Assembly: GCF_009914755.1 (NCBI RefSeq)
Contig: NC_060944.1
Strand: one strand, 5' to 3'
From: the human T2T-CHM13v2.0 reference genome, Homo sapiens
Length of the DNA: 64,000 nucleotides
Below are positions 16,775 to 30,589 of this stretch, piece after piece. The position numbers were made by a program, and so were the translations under genes. Below the pieces are notes generated by a model. It was not told the origin of the DNA. It did not search any database and saw nothing but the letters and a program-made list of their open reading frames with translations. The first letter of the stretch is position 1, and every line of letters starts with the position of its first letter.

Positions 16775-17074
16775 GGCCGGATGCAGTGGCTCAAGCCTGT
16801 ACTTCCAGCACTTTGGAAGGCCAAGGCAGGTGGATAGTTTGAGCTCAGGAGCTTGAGACGAGCCCAGGCAACATGGTGAAACCTCGTCTCTACCAAAAAT
16901 ACAAAAAATTAGCCAGCTGTGCTGGCAGGTGCCTCTGGTCCCAGTTACTCAGGAAGCTGAGGCAGGAAGGTCGCTTGAGCCTGGGAGGTGGTGGTTGCAG
17001 TGAGTCGATATTGTGCTACTGCACACTCCAGCCTTGGTGACAGAGTGAGACCCCATCTCAAAAAAAAAAAAAAA
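16775..17074 (+). mobile_element. AluJb
   Basis: Full dimer with TSD AAGATTCCTTG at 16764-16774 and 17075-17085. Confidence 0.92.
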
Positions 17075-20056
17075 AAGATTCCTTGATGGACAATTTATAA
17101 ATTGTGCCCCAAAACCATGATTCTGTGTGACTCTAAGTCCAAAAATTTGTAATTATTGAATCAATATGATGAAATTAATTTTAACACTTCCATTCTTATT
17201 GAGGAAGGAAAGATTGATTTCCAAAAATCATACCTAACTAAAAGAGGTCATTTTCTTATGATTTCTGTTTCCATCCCATTTTAGGTTAACATTCATCATC
17301 TTTTCCCCCATGTTCATTCCCACTTGGAGCCACAGAAGAAGGAAATTTTAAAAAATACTTTACGTCATCACTGTAGCAGATTCCTCATAATACGGTATGT
17401 ATCCATATAATTTCTCAAAATTTTAATTCCTGGAGGAAATGGAGCAAAGTGTCTGTATAGAACTTTACAGTGATCATCTTTCCTTCAGGAACATTAAATT
17501 GAACAACTATCCACACAATAAAACACCTTCATAATAACAAAGGCTCAGATGAGCAATCACAGTAACTGGATTAAACATTATATCACAGCAAGAGGCACTG
17601 AAGAGGGTAGGACAGTCTTGAATCTCCTATACCAGCCCTCCCCCACCCACCAGCAGTGGAACATCATAGGGAGAGAGAATCTGTGTGCCTGGGGGAGGGA
17701 GAGCAAGGTGATTGTAGGACTTTGCACTAGGACTCAGCACTGCCCTGTCACAGTGGAAAGCAACACAGGGCAGAATTCAGCCAGCACTCAAGTAGGAAGC
17801 ATTTATACTAGCCCTAGCCAGAGTGAGATTGTCCATCCTAGTAGTTGGAACCTGAGTTCTGGCTAGCCCCACCACCATGGGCTAAACTGCTCTGGGGTTC
17901 TAAATAAACTGGAAAAACAACGTAGGCTGCAAGGACTTCAATTTCTGGTTTTGCGTTTGGCTTGAGGCCGGTGGACTTGGGATGCATGTGAGCCAGTGAG
18001 ACACCAGCCCCAGTGACAAAAGGAATGCATGCATTACTCTGCCTCCAACTCTTAAGCACTGAAGGTCACAGCTCTGGGAGAAAAGGGAAGAGTAAAGATG
18101 ACTTTCTCTTGCAACTAGGATACTAGCTCAGACAGTAAAATAATGCATCAACCAGAGCTCAAAGACCCCATTCAAGGCCATAGCTCACGGACAATATTTC
18201 AAGACCCACCTGGGCCAGAAGGGAACCCATAGTCCTGAAGGGAAGAACCAATGCCTGGCAGAATTTACCATCTGCTGACTAAAGAGCCATTGGGTTTTGA
18301 ATAAACATCAGCAATAACCAATCGGCAACTGCCATCTCAGCTGCGGTGGCCATGGGAAGATATTCATTCTGCTTGAGGAAAATAGAAGGAAAAGTAAAGA
18401 GGACTTTGTTTTGCAGTCTGGATACCAGTACAGCCCCAGGAAAATAAAGCACCAAGCAGATTGCTAAAACCTCTGATCCCAGGCCCTAGCTTCTGGATGG
18501 CATTTCTAGACCCACCCTGGGCCAGAAGGGAACCTGCTGCAATGAAGGGAAAGAGCCAGTCCTGACAAGACTTATCATCTGCTGACTACAGAGCCCTTGC
18601 GACATGAATAAACATTAGCAGTAGCCAGGAAATAGTCACTACAGGCCTTGGACAAGACCCATTGCTGTGCTGATGTCAGGTGTGATCCAGCACAGTCTCA
18701 GCAGTGGTGGCCACGGAAATGTTTTTGTTACCCCTCCACCAACTCCAGGCAGCTTCTCACAGAAAGAGAGAGACACAATTTGTTTGGAGGAAAATAAGGG
18801 AAGAGAACAACAGATTCTGCCTGATAATCCAGGAAATTCTCTAGGATCTTGCCCAATACCATCAAGGCAGTACCTCTACAAGTCTTTAAAAATTGTGGTG
18901 TTACTGAGCCTGGACTGCTCCTTAATACACATACAGCTGCTATGACCAAGGACTCAGGTCACAACACTCAATTCCTTTTGAATACTTGGAAAGCCTTCCC
19001 GAGAAGGATGAGTACAAACCAGCCCAGACCATAGAGATTACAATAAATATCTAACTCTTCAATGCCCAGGTATCAAGAAACATCCAAAAGCATCAAGACC
19101 ATCCAGGAAAATATGACCTCACCAAATGAACTAAATAAGGCACCAGTGACCAATCCCACACTGATAGAGACATGTCACCTTTCAGACAAAGAATTCAAAA
19201 TAGCTGTTTTGAGGAAGCATAATGAAATCCAAGATAATGCAGAGAAGGAATTCAGAATCTAATCAGATAAATATAAAAAGGAGGTTAAAATAATTAAAAA
19301 GAACCAAGCAGAAATTCTGGAGCTGAAAAAATGCAATTGACAAGGTGAAGAATATATCAGGGTTTCTAAACAGCAGAATAGTTCAAGTGCAGTAAATAAT
19401 GAATGAGCTTGAAGACAGACTATTTGAAAATAAAGTCAGAGAAGTCAAAAAAAAAGGAATAAAAAATGATACACCATGCCTACAGGATCTAGAAAATAGC
19501 CTCAAAAGGGCAAATCTAAAAGTTATGGGCCTCAAAGAGGAGATAGAGAGAGAGATTAGGGTAGACAGTTTATTTGAATGGATAATAAAAAAGATATTTT
19601 CAAACCTGGGGAAAGATAACAATATTCAAGTACAAGAAGGTTGTAGAACACTAAGCAGATTTAACCCAAATGAAACTACCTCAGTAATTTGACAATTAAA
19701 TTCCCAAAAGTCAAGGATCCTAACAGCAGCAAACCACACCACCACCCGCCCCCGCCGCCAAAAAAAACAAAAAACCTCTATAAAGGAAATCCAATACGTC
19801 TGGCAGTAGATTTCTCAATGGAAACCTTACAGGCCTGGTGAGAGTGGCATGAAATATTTAAAGTGCTCAAAAAAAGTTTTTTATAATATTGTATCCAGTG
19901 ATTATATCCTTCAAACATGACTAATAAAGACTTTCCCAGACAAACAAAAGCTGAGGAATTTCATCAACACCAGATCTGTCCTACAAGAAATGCTAAAGTG
20001 AGTTATTCAAACTGAATTAAAAGGACATTAATGAGCAATAAGTAATCATCTAAGGG

Positions 20057-20365
<309 letters not shown>

Positions 20366-23049
20366 TTAAGGGTACAAAATTCACTGGTAACAGTAAGTGC
20401 AGAGATAAATACAGAAGATTATAACATTATAATTGTGGTGTGTAAACTACTTATATATTGAAAAAGAATTCAAAAAACTATAAAAATAAAAACGATAACT
20501 TTAAAAAATATAGACAGTATCATAAGACATAAATTGAAGCAACAAAAAGCTAAAAGGCAAGGGGGTGAAGTGTAGTTTTTGTTAGTTTTCTCTTTGCTTG
20601 TTTGTTATTTGTTTTTGTAGAGTTAAGTTGTCATCAGTTTAAAATAATGGGTTATAAGATGCTATTTGAAAGATTCAATAACCTTAAATTTAAAAACCTA
20701 CAAAAGATACACCAAAAATATAAAGCAAAAACTTAAAACACCACCAGAGAAAATCACTTTCACAAAAAGGAAAACAGAAGAGAAGGAAGAAAGAAAATAC
20801 CATGAAACAAGCAGAAAATAAATAACAAAATGGCAGTAGTTAAGTCTCTACTTACCTGTTCTGTAAATGGACTAAACTCTACATTCAAAAGACAGAGTAG
20901 CTGAATGCATAGAAAAATAAGACTCAGCAATCTGGTGCTTATAAGAAACACACTTCACCTATAAAGATGCGTATAGGCTGAAAATAAAGTGATGGAAAAA
21001 GATATTCCATGCAAATTGAAATGAAAAAAGAGCAGAAGTATCTACGTTTATATTACATAAAATAGATTTCAAGACAAAACTATAAAAGGAGACAAGATAA
21101 TTCTATAATGATAAAGGGATTAACTGATCAAGAGGATATAAAAATTTAAACATATATGCATACAACACTGTAGCAACCAGATATATAAAGCACATCTTAG
21201 AGCTAAAGAGAGACAGAACCCAATACAAAAAAAGTTGTAGACTTCAACACTCTACTTTCAGCATTGGACAGCTCATCCAAACAGAAAATTAACAAACAAA
21301 TATTGAACTTAATCTTCACTACAGACCAAATGAATACACTAAAAGAATACACATTCTTCTCCTCCATATGTGGATTACTCTCAAGAACAGACCACACGTT
21401 AGGCCACAGAACAAATCTTAAATAATTCAACAAACTTAAAATTATATCAAGTATCTTCTCTGACTATGAAATAAATCTAGACATTCATAGCCAGAGCAAA
21501 TTGGGAAACCATAAAAACACACGGATATTAAACAATATGATCCTGAATGACCAGTGGGTCAATGAATAAATTAAAATTGAAATGTAAAAATTTCTGGAAA
21601 CAAATAAAGTGGAAATGCAACATACCAAAACCTATGGGATACCGTGAGAGCAGTGCTAAGAGTAAAGTTTATAACAATAAGTGCTCGCATTTTAAAAAAG
21701 TAGAAAAAAATTCAAATGCACAACCAAATAATGAGTCTTAAAGAACTAGAAAAGCAAGGGCAAACCAAACTTAAAATCAGTAGAAGAAATGAAATAATAA
21801 AGATCAGAGTAGAGATAAATAAAATTGAAAAAAGTTACAAAAGATTACTGAAATGAAAAGTTGGTTTTGTAAAAAAAATAAACAAAATAGACAAACCTTT
21901 AGCCAGAGTAACTAAGACAAAAGAGAGAAGGGCCAAATAAATAAAATCACAGATGAAAATGGAGACACTAGAACTGATACCACAGAAATTCAAAGGATCA
22001 TTAGAGAGTAGTATGAGCAACTACATGCCAATAAATTGGAAAACCTAGAAGAAATAGATAAATTCCTAGACACATACACCGTACCAAGGTTGAACTATGA
22101 AGAAATCCAAAACCTGAGTAGACCAAAAACATGTAATGAGAACAAAGCCATAATAAAAAAAAAGTCTCTTTGCAAAGAAAAGCCTGAGACTTTTCTTACG
22201 TAGAATACACTCCTGAATTCTACCAAACATTTAAAGAAGAACTAATACAAAATCTATGCAAAATATTCTGAAAAAAATAGAGAAGAAACTACTTCTGGGC
22301 TTATTCTGTGCAGTCAGTATTATCCTGATACCACAACCAGACAAAGAGACATAAAAAATACTACATATAGGCTGATATCTCTGATGAACATGATGCACAA
22401 ATTCTCAACAAAATAATAGCAAATCAAATTCAACAACACATTCAAAAGATTATTCATCACAACCAAGTGAAATTCATCCCAAGGAATCAAGGCTGGTTCA
22501 ATATACACAAAACAATCAACACGATACATCATGTCAACAGAATGAAGATAAAACCATTCAATCATTTTAACTGATGAGGAAAAAATATTTTATAAAATTC
22601 AACATTCCTTCACAATAAATGCTAAAAATATTGGGTATAGAAGAAACAAACTTCAATGCAATAAAAGCCATACTTAACAGACCTACACTAGTATCATACT
22701 AAATGAGGAAAACTGAAAGATTTTCCTCTAAGATCTGGAACAAGACAAGGATGCCCACTTTCACCACTGTTATTCAACATAGTACTGGAATACTAGCTAG
22801 AGCAACCAGACAAGAGAAGGAACTAAAAGGCATCCGAATGTGAAAAAAAAAAAAGTCAAATTATTCTTGTATGCAAATAAAATGAATTTATATTTGTGAA
22901 AACCTAAAGACTCCACCAATAAACTCTTAGAACTGATATGCAAATTCAGTAAAGTTGCAAAATACAAATTCAAAATACAAAAATCAGTAGCATGTCTATA
23001 TGCCAAGAGTGAACAATCTAAAAAAGAAATTAAAAATTAACCCCACTTA

Positions 23050-23130
23050 TTATGTTGATACCAAAGTAATTGTGGTTTTTATCATTGAAAGTAATGGCAA
23101 AAAATTGCAATTACTTTTGCATCAACCTAA
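23050..23130. mobile_element. MADE1 (Hsmar1-derived 80-bp palindromic MITE)
   Basis: TTATGTTGATACCAAAGTAATTGTGGTTTTT...AAAAAATTGCAATTACTTTTGCATCAACCTAA, flanked by a TA duplication (23048-49, 23131-32). Confidence 0.93.
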
Positions 23131-25399
23131 TACAATAGCCACAAATAAAATTAAATACCTAGGAATTAACCAAAGAAGTAAAAAGTCTCTACAATAGAAC
23201 CTATAAAACATTGATGCAAAAAATTAAAGAAGGCACAAATAATCAAAAGATATTCCATGTTCATGGATTGAAAGAATCAATATTGTTAAATGTACATACT
23301 GCTCAAAACAATCTACAAATTCAACACAATACCTATCAAAATGCCAACAATATTCTTCACAGAAATAGAAAAAGCAATCTTAAAATTCATGTGGAACCAT
23401 AAAAAGCCCAGAATATCTAAAGCCATCCTTAGCAAAAAGAACAAAACTGGAGGAATCACATTACCTGACTTCAAACTATATTACAGAATTTTAATAACCA
23501 AAACTGCATGGTAGTAACATAAAAACAGACACACAGACCAATAGAACAGAATAGACATCTCAGAAATCATACATCTTCAGTGAAGACATTTTTGACAAAG
23601 GTGCCAAGAATATATATTGGGGAAAAAACAGTTTCTTCAATACATGGTGCTGGGAAAACTAGATATCCATAGGCAGAACAATGAATCTAGACCCCTATCT
23701 CTTGCTGTATACAAAAATCAAACCAATATGGCTTAAAGACTTAAATTTAAGACCTCAAACTATAAAACTACTAAAAAATTGAGGAAACTCTCCAGGTCAT
23801 TGGTCTAGTCAAAGATTTCTTGAGTAATATCCCAAAAGCACAGGCAATCAAAGCAAAAATGGACAAATGGGATCATATCAAGTTTAAAAGCTTCTGCACA
23901 TCAAAGAAAACTATCAACAAAATGAAGAGGCAACCCATAGCATGGAAGAAAATATTTGCAACCTAATTATCTGACAAGGGGTTAATAACCAGAATATATT
24001 AAAAGCTCAAACACTCAATAGGAAAAAAAGGTAATAATCCAATTAAAAATGGGCAAACATCTGAATAGACATTTCTCAAAAAATACATACAAATGACAAG
24101 TGTATGAAAAAGTGCTCAACATCACTGATCATCAGAGAAATGCAAATCAAAACTACAGTGAGAATTAATTTCATCACAGTTAAAACAACTTCTATCCAAA
24201 ATTTAGGCAATAATGAGTGCTGGTTACAGATGTGGAGCTCCATAATGGCTGTACTAAATAACATTTCTAATAACAGTATACAAAAATTACAACAGTTCAC
24301 CTTGTGCACTGTTGGTGGAAATGTAAGTTAGTAGAGCCATTATGGAGAACAGTATGGAGTATCCTCAAAAAACAAAAAATAGAACTACCACATGATCCGG
24401 GAATTTCACCTCCTAGATGTATACCCAAGGGAAAGAAAATTAGTATTTTGAAGTGATATCTACATTCTCATGTTTTTTTGCAACACTATTCACAATAGTT
24501 AAGGTTCAGAATCAACCTAAGTGTCCATCGACAGATGAATGGATAAAGAAAATGGGAGACATATATACGATGGAGCCATAAAAGGAATGAAATGCTGTCA
24601 TTCTCAACAACGTGGATAGAACTGCAGGACATTATGTTAAGAGAATTAAGCCAGGCACAGGAAGATAAACTTGTTGTCATGTTCTCACTCATTTGTGGGA
24701 GCTAAAAATTAAAACAATCGAACTCATGGAGATATACAGTAGAATGATGGTTAACAGAGAGTAGGAAGGGCATGACTGGGGGGATATGGGGAGGGTTAAT
24801 GGGTACAAAAACATATTATAGCTAGACACAATGCATAAGATCTCATATTTGATCTTATTCATAACAAGGTTGCAAAAGGTGATTAGAGTCAGAAATAATT
24901 TTTGTACATTTTAGAGTAACTGTGGAAGTACAATTGCAATGTTTATAATACAAATAATTGTTGAATGTTTGAGGCGACGGACACCCCATTTACCCTGATG
25001 TGATTATTACACATTGTATGCCTGTATCAAAATAGCTCACATACCACATAAATAAATATATATATATATACTATGTACCCATAAAAATATAAAATAAAAA
25101 ACTTTTCAATTCCACATGATATCTGAGATGATCTTTTTTTCTGTTAGTCTTAATGCTTTCTCTGTGAAGTGGTGAGCTGGGACTTGTCAAAGTCTTCATT
25201 TGGATGAAGGAAGATACATGATATGTTTATATTACCAAGAGACCCAAGTAGACTCCAACCAGCAGGGACGATAAAAGCAGAATCCAGAGCCTCATGATTT
25301 TTTCATGGTCATTGCATTTCCAGCTCATAATTTAGATCTTAATCTCCTGGGCTAGCCTAGAAAGGAAAACTTGCTCAAAGCTTTCACAACTTACATTAA

Positions 25400-25845
25400 T
25401 TTGGATTTCCCAAGAAGCAGACCTTCAGAAAAAACATTTGTATTCAAGCCATTTAATATTAAGATCTAAGGAAACATGAATAGTAGAGCAGGGAACTGAC
25501 TCAAGGAATAGGAGGCAGTGAATAAAAGATATTCTATTAATCCATTTATCATAGTGGTAACTAGAGCTTCACCCACAGAGAAACTCTCTCTCCCCTTTCA
25601 CCAAGATGTGAAGGAGATGGGGAGATGGGGTGTTTATGTGTTCACTTTTAGTCATTGATTCTTTACTGCTTCCATGGATATTAATCCCAGAGTACTTTTG
25701 ATCTGCCACTCATACAGGCAAAACAGACTTCACAGTTCCTGAAGGGGGAAACAATATCACACAAAGAGATGCAGATGCCAGCAGCTGGAAATCAACTGAA
25801 GCACACTAACAGATCCAAAGAATATAAACTGGTCACTGACAACAA
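25400..25845 (-). mobile_element. Old ERVL-class solo LTR (LTR16/LTR33-like)
   Basis: TTGGATTTCCCAAGAAGCAGACCTTCAGA resembles the recalled GGTTCCCCCAGAAGCAGACCCTGAGA LTR end. Confidence 0.55.
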
Positions 25846-26491
25846 TAACAATCTCTCTAAAGTTACCAAGAGTTCTTTTATAAGTTCAAGCCCTGTTTGG
25901 AGAATTAAAGACACATCCCAAGTGCTGACACCAAGTACTATTATAAACTATTTGACCTTTCCCAAGACTCTTGCTAACTCCTAGAACCTAATACACTGCT
26001 TAAGGTCTATCCTGCAAAAGCAAGTATGTATTGAAAAATATCCTAAAACACTTACTGAAGAGAAGTGTGTCTTAAGTACTGTGTAAGAGCTGTCTCCATT
26101 CACAAAGCATATCCTAGTAATCTACTGAGAATTGATTTGATTTATTATTTCAACAAATTGACAATTAAGATAAATCAACAAGCACAAGTATAAACAAATT
26201 ATGAAAGGAAGTACAGGGAATAATATAAAATAAACTTTTCTGGTATCATTTTTAAAATGTCAAGTTGAGGCACTAACTTGAACATGGGACCTATACTTCC
26301 TAGCTTTACTGAGGTACAATGAATGAATTTTATGAAATTTTAAGAATTAGCTTTCTTCTCTCTGCTATCTTTTCTCCCATTTACTTAGTCCCTTCTCCTT
26401 TTGGAGTATTTTCCATAATCTAACCAGAATGTTAATCTGGAAATTTTCCAGTGTTCATTTACAGGTCACATTTGCAGATTTTGGTTTGATT

Positions 26492-27030
26492 TGTAATATT
26501 AGGAAAACAAAACAGTCACTCAACATATTCATTTCTAACACCAGATCCTTCAGTGGCTGCCAACTGGGTATTCTACAATGACCTCAATTCTGCTACTATC
26601 TACTTGGAGACCAGCAGATCTCTGGTTAAGAGCTCAATCCCTCAAACTGCTCCCCACTTCAAGGCCAAACACAAGCCCCAAGTGTGGCCTGCATTTCTGA
26701 CTGACTATTCATCAGAGTTTTCACATCTCCTACTCAAGTTTAATTAATTTGCTAGAACAGCTTGCAGAACTCAGGGAAACACTATACTTATGTTTATCCA
26801 TTTACTATAAAGAATATTATGAAAGATACAGATGAATAGCCGGCTGGAAAAGATACATAGTGCAAGGTATAGGGGTGGGTGTGCTGCTGTGCACAGAATG
26901 GAGCTTCCATGTCTTTATTCCAAATCCTGTTTCTGAGTATCTATGAAGGCTTCATTATGTAGGCATTACTGATTAAATCATTAACCATTTTTGATCAACT
27001 CCACTTTCATTCCCTCTCCCCTTCCCAGAT
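26492..27030 (-). mobile_element. MER21-type LTR
   Basis: TCAATTCTGCTACTATCTACTTGGAGA and TAATTTGCTAGAACAGCTTGCAGAACTCAGGGAAACACT. Confidence 0.8.
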
Positions 27031-27034
27031 AGTG

Positions 27035-27304
27035 TAGATTAATACTGTTATTGCATGAAAGTGTTAGTTATTGTGGAAGTGGGTTCCTAATAAAAGAATA
27101 AATTTGGCCCCCTTTCCTCTCTTGTTCCCTTGCCATGTGATGCCTTTCCCCATGTTCTGATGCAGCAAGAAGGCCCTCGCTAAATGCAACCCCCTTCACT
27201 TTGGACTTTTCAGCCTCCAGAACCATGAGCCAAATACATTTCTATTGCTTATAAGTTACCCAGCCATGTTATTCTGTTATAGCAGTACAAAACAGGCTAA
27301 GACA
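27035..27304 (+). mobile_element. MaLR LTR (MSTC/MSTD-like), 3' part
   Basis: GCAGCAAGAAGGCCCTC...CAGCCTCCAGAACCATGAGCCAAATACATTTCT...AAACAGGCTAAGACA. Confidence 0.85.
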
Positions 27305-28282
27305 TCAGATACACAGTTTGCAAATAATTTCTTCCATTCCATAGGTTGCCTGTTGACCCTATTGATTGTTTGCTTTGCTGTGAGAAAGCTTTTTAGTTTG
27401 ATGCAGCCTGATTTTTTTTCTAGTCTATACTTTTGGTGTTATAGCCACAAAATCATTGCCAAGACTAACGTCATGAAACTTTCCCCCCAAGTTGTCTGCT
27501 CAGTATCACTAATCATCAGGGAAATTCAAATCAAAATCACAATGACATATCAACTCTCACCTGTTGAGATGGCTATTATTAAATAAAACAAACAACAACA
27601 ACAAAAATCTACAACTAGTCTTGGCAAGGATGCGGAGAAATTGGAACCCTTGTACACAGTTGGTGGAAACGTAAAATGCTACAGCTGCTGTGAAAAATAA
27701 TATGCAGGTTTCTCAAAAAATATTAAAATAGGACTACCATGTGATCCAGGGATTCCACTTCTGGATGTTTATCCAAAAAAATTAAAATCAGGATCTCAAA
27801 AAGATATTAACACTTCCATGTTTACCGCAGTACTATTTACAATGGTCAATATGTGGGAACAGCCTAGGTGTTAATTGACAGATGAATGTATTAAAAAGTT
27901 GTGGTATATGCATATAATGAAATATTAGATAGCCTTAATAAAGAAGAAAATCCTGAAATATTCAACAACATCAATCTTTAGGACATTATGCTAAGCGAAA
28001 GAGTCCAATCACAGAGGACAAATATTGCATGATTTCATTTATATGAAGTTATCTAAAATAGTCAATCTCATAAAAGAAAATAGTAGACTAGTGGTAGCCA
28101 GTGGCCAGGATGGTGGTATGTAGAGGTACTAATTACTGGGTATAAAATTTTAGTTATACAAGATAAGTTCTAGAGATTTTCTGTAGAACATTGTTTCTAT
28201 AGATAATACTATATTGTACTTTTAAAATCTGCTAATTGGGTACGTACCTCGTAAAGTGTTCTTGCCACAATTAAAAAGAAAA
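27305..28282 (+). mobile_element. L1MA9-like 3' end with an inverted 5' segment (27305-27490 antisense)
   Basis: Antisense ORF2 sequence switches to sense at ~27490; L1MA8/9-type 3' UTR ending GTTCTTGCCACAATTAAAAAGAAAA. Confidence 0.8.
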
Positions 28283-29129
28283 TCTCTACTTGATTTGCTG
28301 CAATATTCACTCTGAAGATCCCTCAGAAACCCAAAGTGTATAAAATTATTAACAAAAATGTTCTCCGGGAAAAAAAAATCTCTTGCTTTACATGGAACAA
28401 TAAATTGTCCTCGTTCGCAACTAACTGCTTCTAGGCATCCCTGGATTTCGATGAAATCTCTAAGGTAACCTCTTCAGAAGATACCAGCTGCTTTTTGTCT
28501 CTTTTGGAATTTGTTACATAATGGCTGCCATTTTGGAGGAGATCCCAGAGGCATTGTTTTGGTTACCAAAGATGTGCCTCCTTCAGGAAAAGGAAACACT
28601 CTAATTTAACTATGTATCTTGCATTAAAGATAGTTGAAGCAGAACTTCTTTCTGAATACAAAATGAAGTCCATTAGCTACTCATTTCAAGCTGACTTGAG
28701 TCTTTCAAATTTCTATTTTAATGTGAAACACATTTCTGAACGTTATTGATATTCTATTTATGTTTTGAATTCTATATAAGTTTCTAAAAGCGCAAAACTG
28801 CTGTGAAGTATCTCTTTTTCTTAGGTACATATTTGAAAAGCATGCAGGGGTCAGAGGAATAAATTTCATGGGTCCTTCTCTGAAAGATTTCAAGGGAAAT
28901 TCTTCTCTCAAATATCTGAATAGTCGGAGGATGTCTTAGCCAGAATATAATCAATGAACATGACATAAAATGATAGTCAAATTTTCTGTAATATCCTGAA
29001 GAGAACAATATGATATAAAACTAAATTTTAATTCTTTATAGAAATCATATTACAAAAGGCTGTGTTATATATCTGGTATTATGAAAAATAACAGAATTTT
29101 AAACAGAATTTTTAAAGGCCTATGCAATA

Positions 29130-29440
29130 TTTTACCTGAATGTTCCACTGGCATTGCAAGTTCAAGTTTGAAGTAAAATTAACAATCTTCACTGTGAACA
29201 TATCATTACTTCTAAAAATAAATAAAACAATATGTTTGTGAATCTATATGTTTATTTAAGATGTCAATATCCTTTCAATTACCCAGACTGAGAAAGTTGG
29301 AATTATGTTTTACTTTTTTCTCTTTCTTGGCCCCCAAGCCAAATGAGCTTCATGACCCCACAATTCTAGTCTGCATTAATTTGTACAATATTTTTCTCTT
29401 ATTTATTTCATTGCTACTGCTATAATTGAGGTATTCCTTA
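29130..29440 (+). mobile_element. L2 fragment
   Basis: TTACCTGAATGTTCCACTGGCATTGCAAGTTCAA and ATTACCCAGACTGAGAAAGTTGGAATTAT. Confidence 0.5.
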
Positions 29441-29449
29441 TTTCAAAAA

Positions 29450-29830
29450 AATTTAAAACGATATTTTTATTGTGGTTCATTATAAAAAAAAGTGTATACT
29501 TCTGAGAACATTTGTACAACATAGAAAAGAGGGAAATAAAATAATTCATTTTCACAGTCAAGAATTAAGGGACAGGTATTATGATAGTTAATTTTCTTTC
29601 AGCCCTGTGTGTGCCTATACAGTATTTTTAATGATAGTATAATATTACATACTGTGAGTGTGCCAACATTTATTTAACCATTTCCCTATTACAGGACCAT
29701 TACCCTTTATAGTCTATGTTGTTAAAATTGACAATATTATACATGCAAAATATCCACATCTCTATTTATGTCCCATATCTGGATCCCTAGAAGTAGAATA
29801 AATTGATAAGAACATAAACTATTTTATTAC
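29450..29830 (-). mobile_element. L1ME 3' end fragment
   Basis: ATTTATTTAACCATTTCCCTATT...GGATCCCTAGAAGTAGAAT antisense L1M 3' motifs. Confidence 0.55.
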
Positions 29831-30029
29831 ATTCTTTTATTTTTAATTTCTACTTTCTTTAAATTGTTTCTTTTGTTTTTCTGAAGAAAATAGTTATACA
29901 TCTAGAATTTACTTTGGTGTATAATTTGCGTCTTTTTTAAAGAGTGAAATTCTTCTGTTTTTTCAGTAATTGTTTTTTATGACATTTTGTATATTATGCA
30001 TGTATTTATTAACGGTGCTATTTTATGAG

Positions 30030-30356
30030 TGTCTTAGTCCATTTTGTGCTAATAGAATACCTGAGAATACCTTATGAGGAACAGAAATCTATTTCTTACA
30101 GTTCCGGAGCCTGGTAAGTCAAAGGTAAAAAACCTGCATCTGGTGAGGGTCTTCTTACTGCAGCCCCACATGGCAGAAGATGGAAGGGGTAAAACCTACT
30201 CCTGCAAGCCCTTTTTATAGTGGCATTAATCCGTTCATTAAGACAGTGTTCTCGTGACCTAAGCATCTCCCATTAGGCCCCACTTCCAAACACTGTTGTA
30301 GTAGGGATTACGTTTCTAAAGCATGAATTTTGTAGAACATTTTAGACCACAAAGCA
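30030..30356 (-). mobile_element. MaLR LTR (MST family)
   Basis: TGTCTTAGTCCATTTTGTGCT...GCATCTGGTGAGGGTCTTCTT...CCCATTAGGCCCCACTTCCAAACACTG. Confidence 0.85.
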
Positions 30357-30589
30357 TACAGACCTTGAGTAGACATTTGAGTTAGTTGATCTGCCTGTCC
30401 ATTATTAAAAACATATTGCATCATTTTGTTGATATTTACTAAAAATATGTTTTAGTATTTGGTAGGAAAATTATCTTCCTAATTTGTTTTTTACTATTTA
30501 AAATACTTTCTCATTTATTTACTTTTCCGGATTATTTTGGAATCCTTCTGTCATGTATAGGGATAAGAAAAAAATTATATTAAGAATTT

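Noticed and set aside
18085-18710. Spaced direct repeats as a CRISPR-like or novel array
   Set aside because: There are only two long diverged units inside an L1 5'UTR in human DNA, with no repeat-spacer periodicity.
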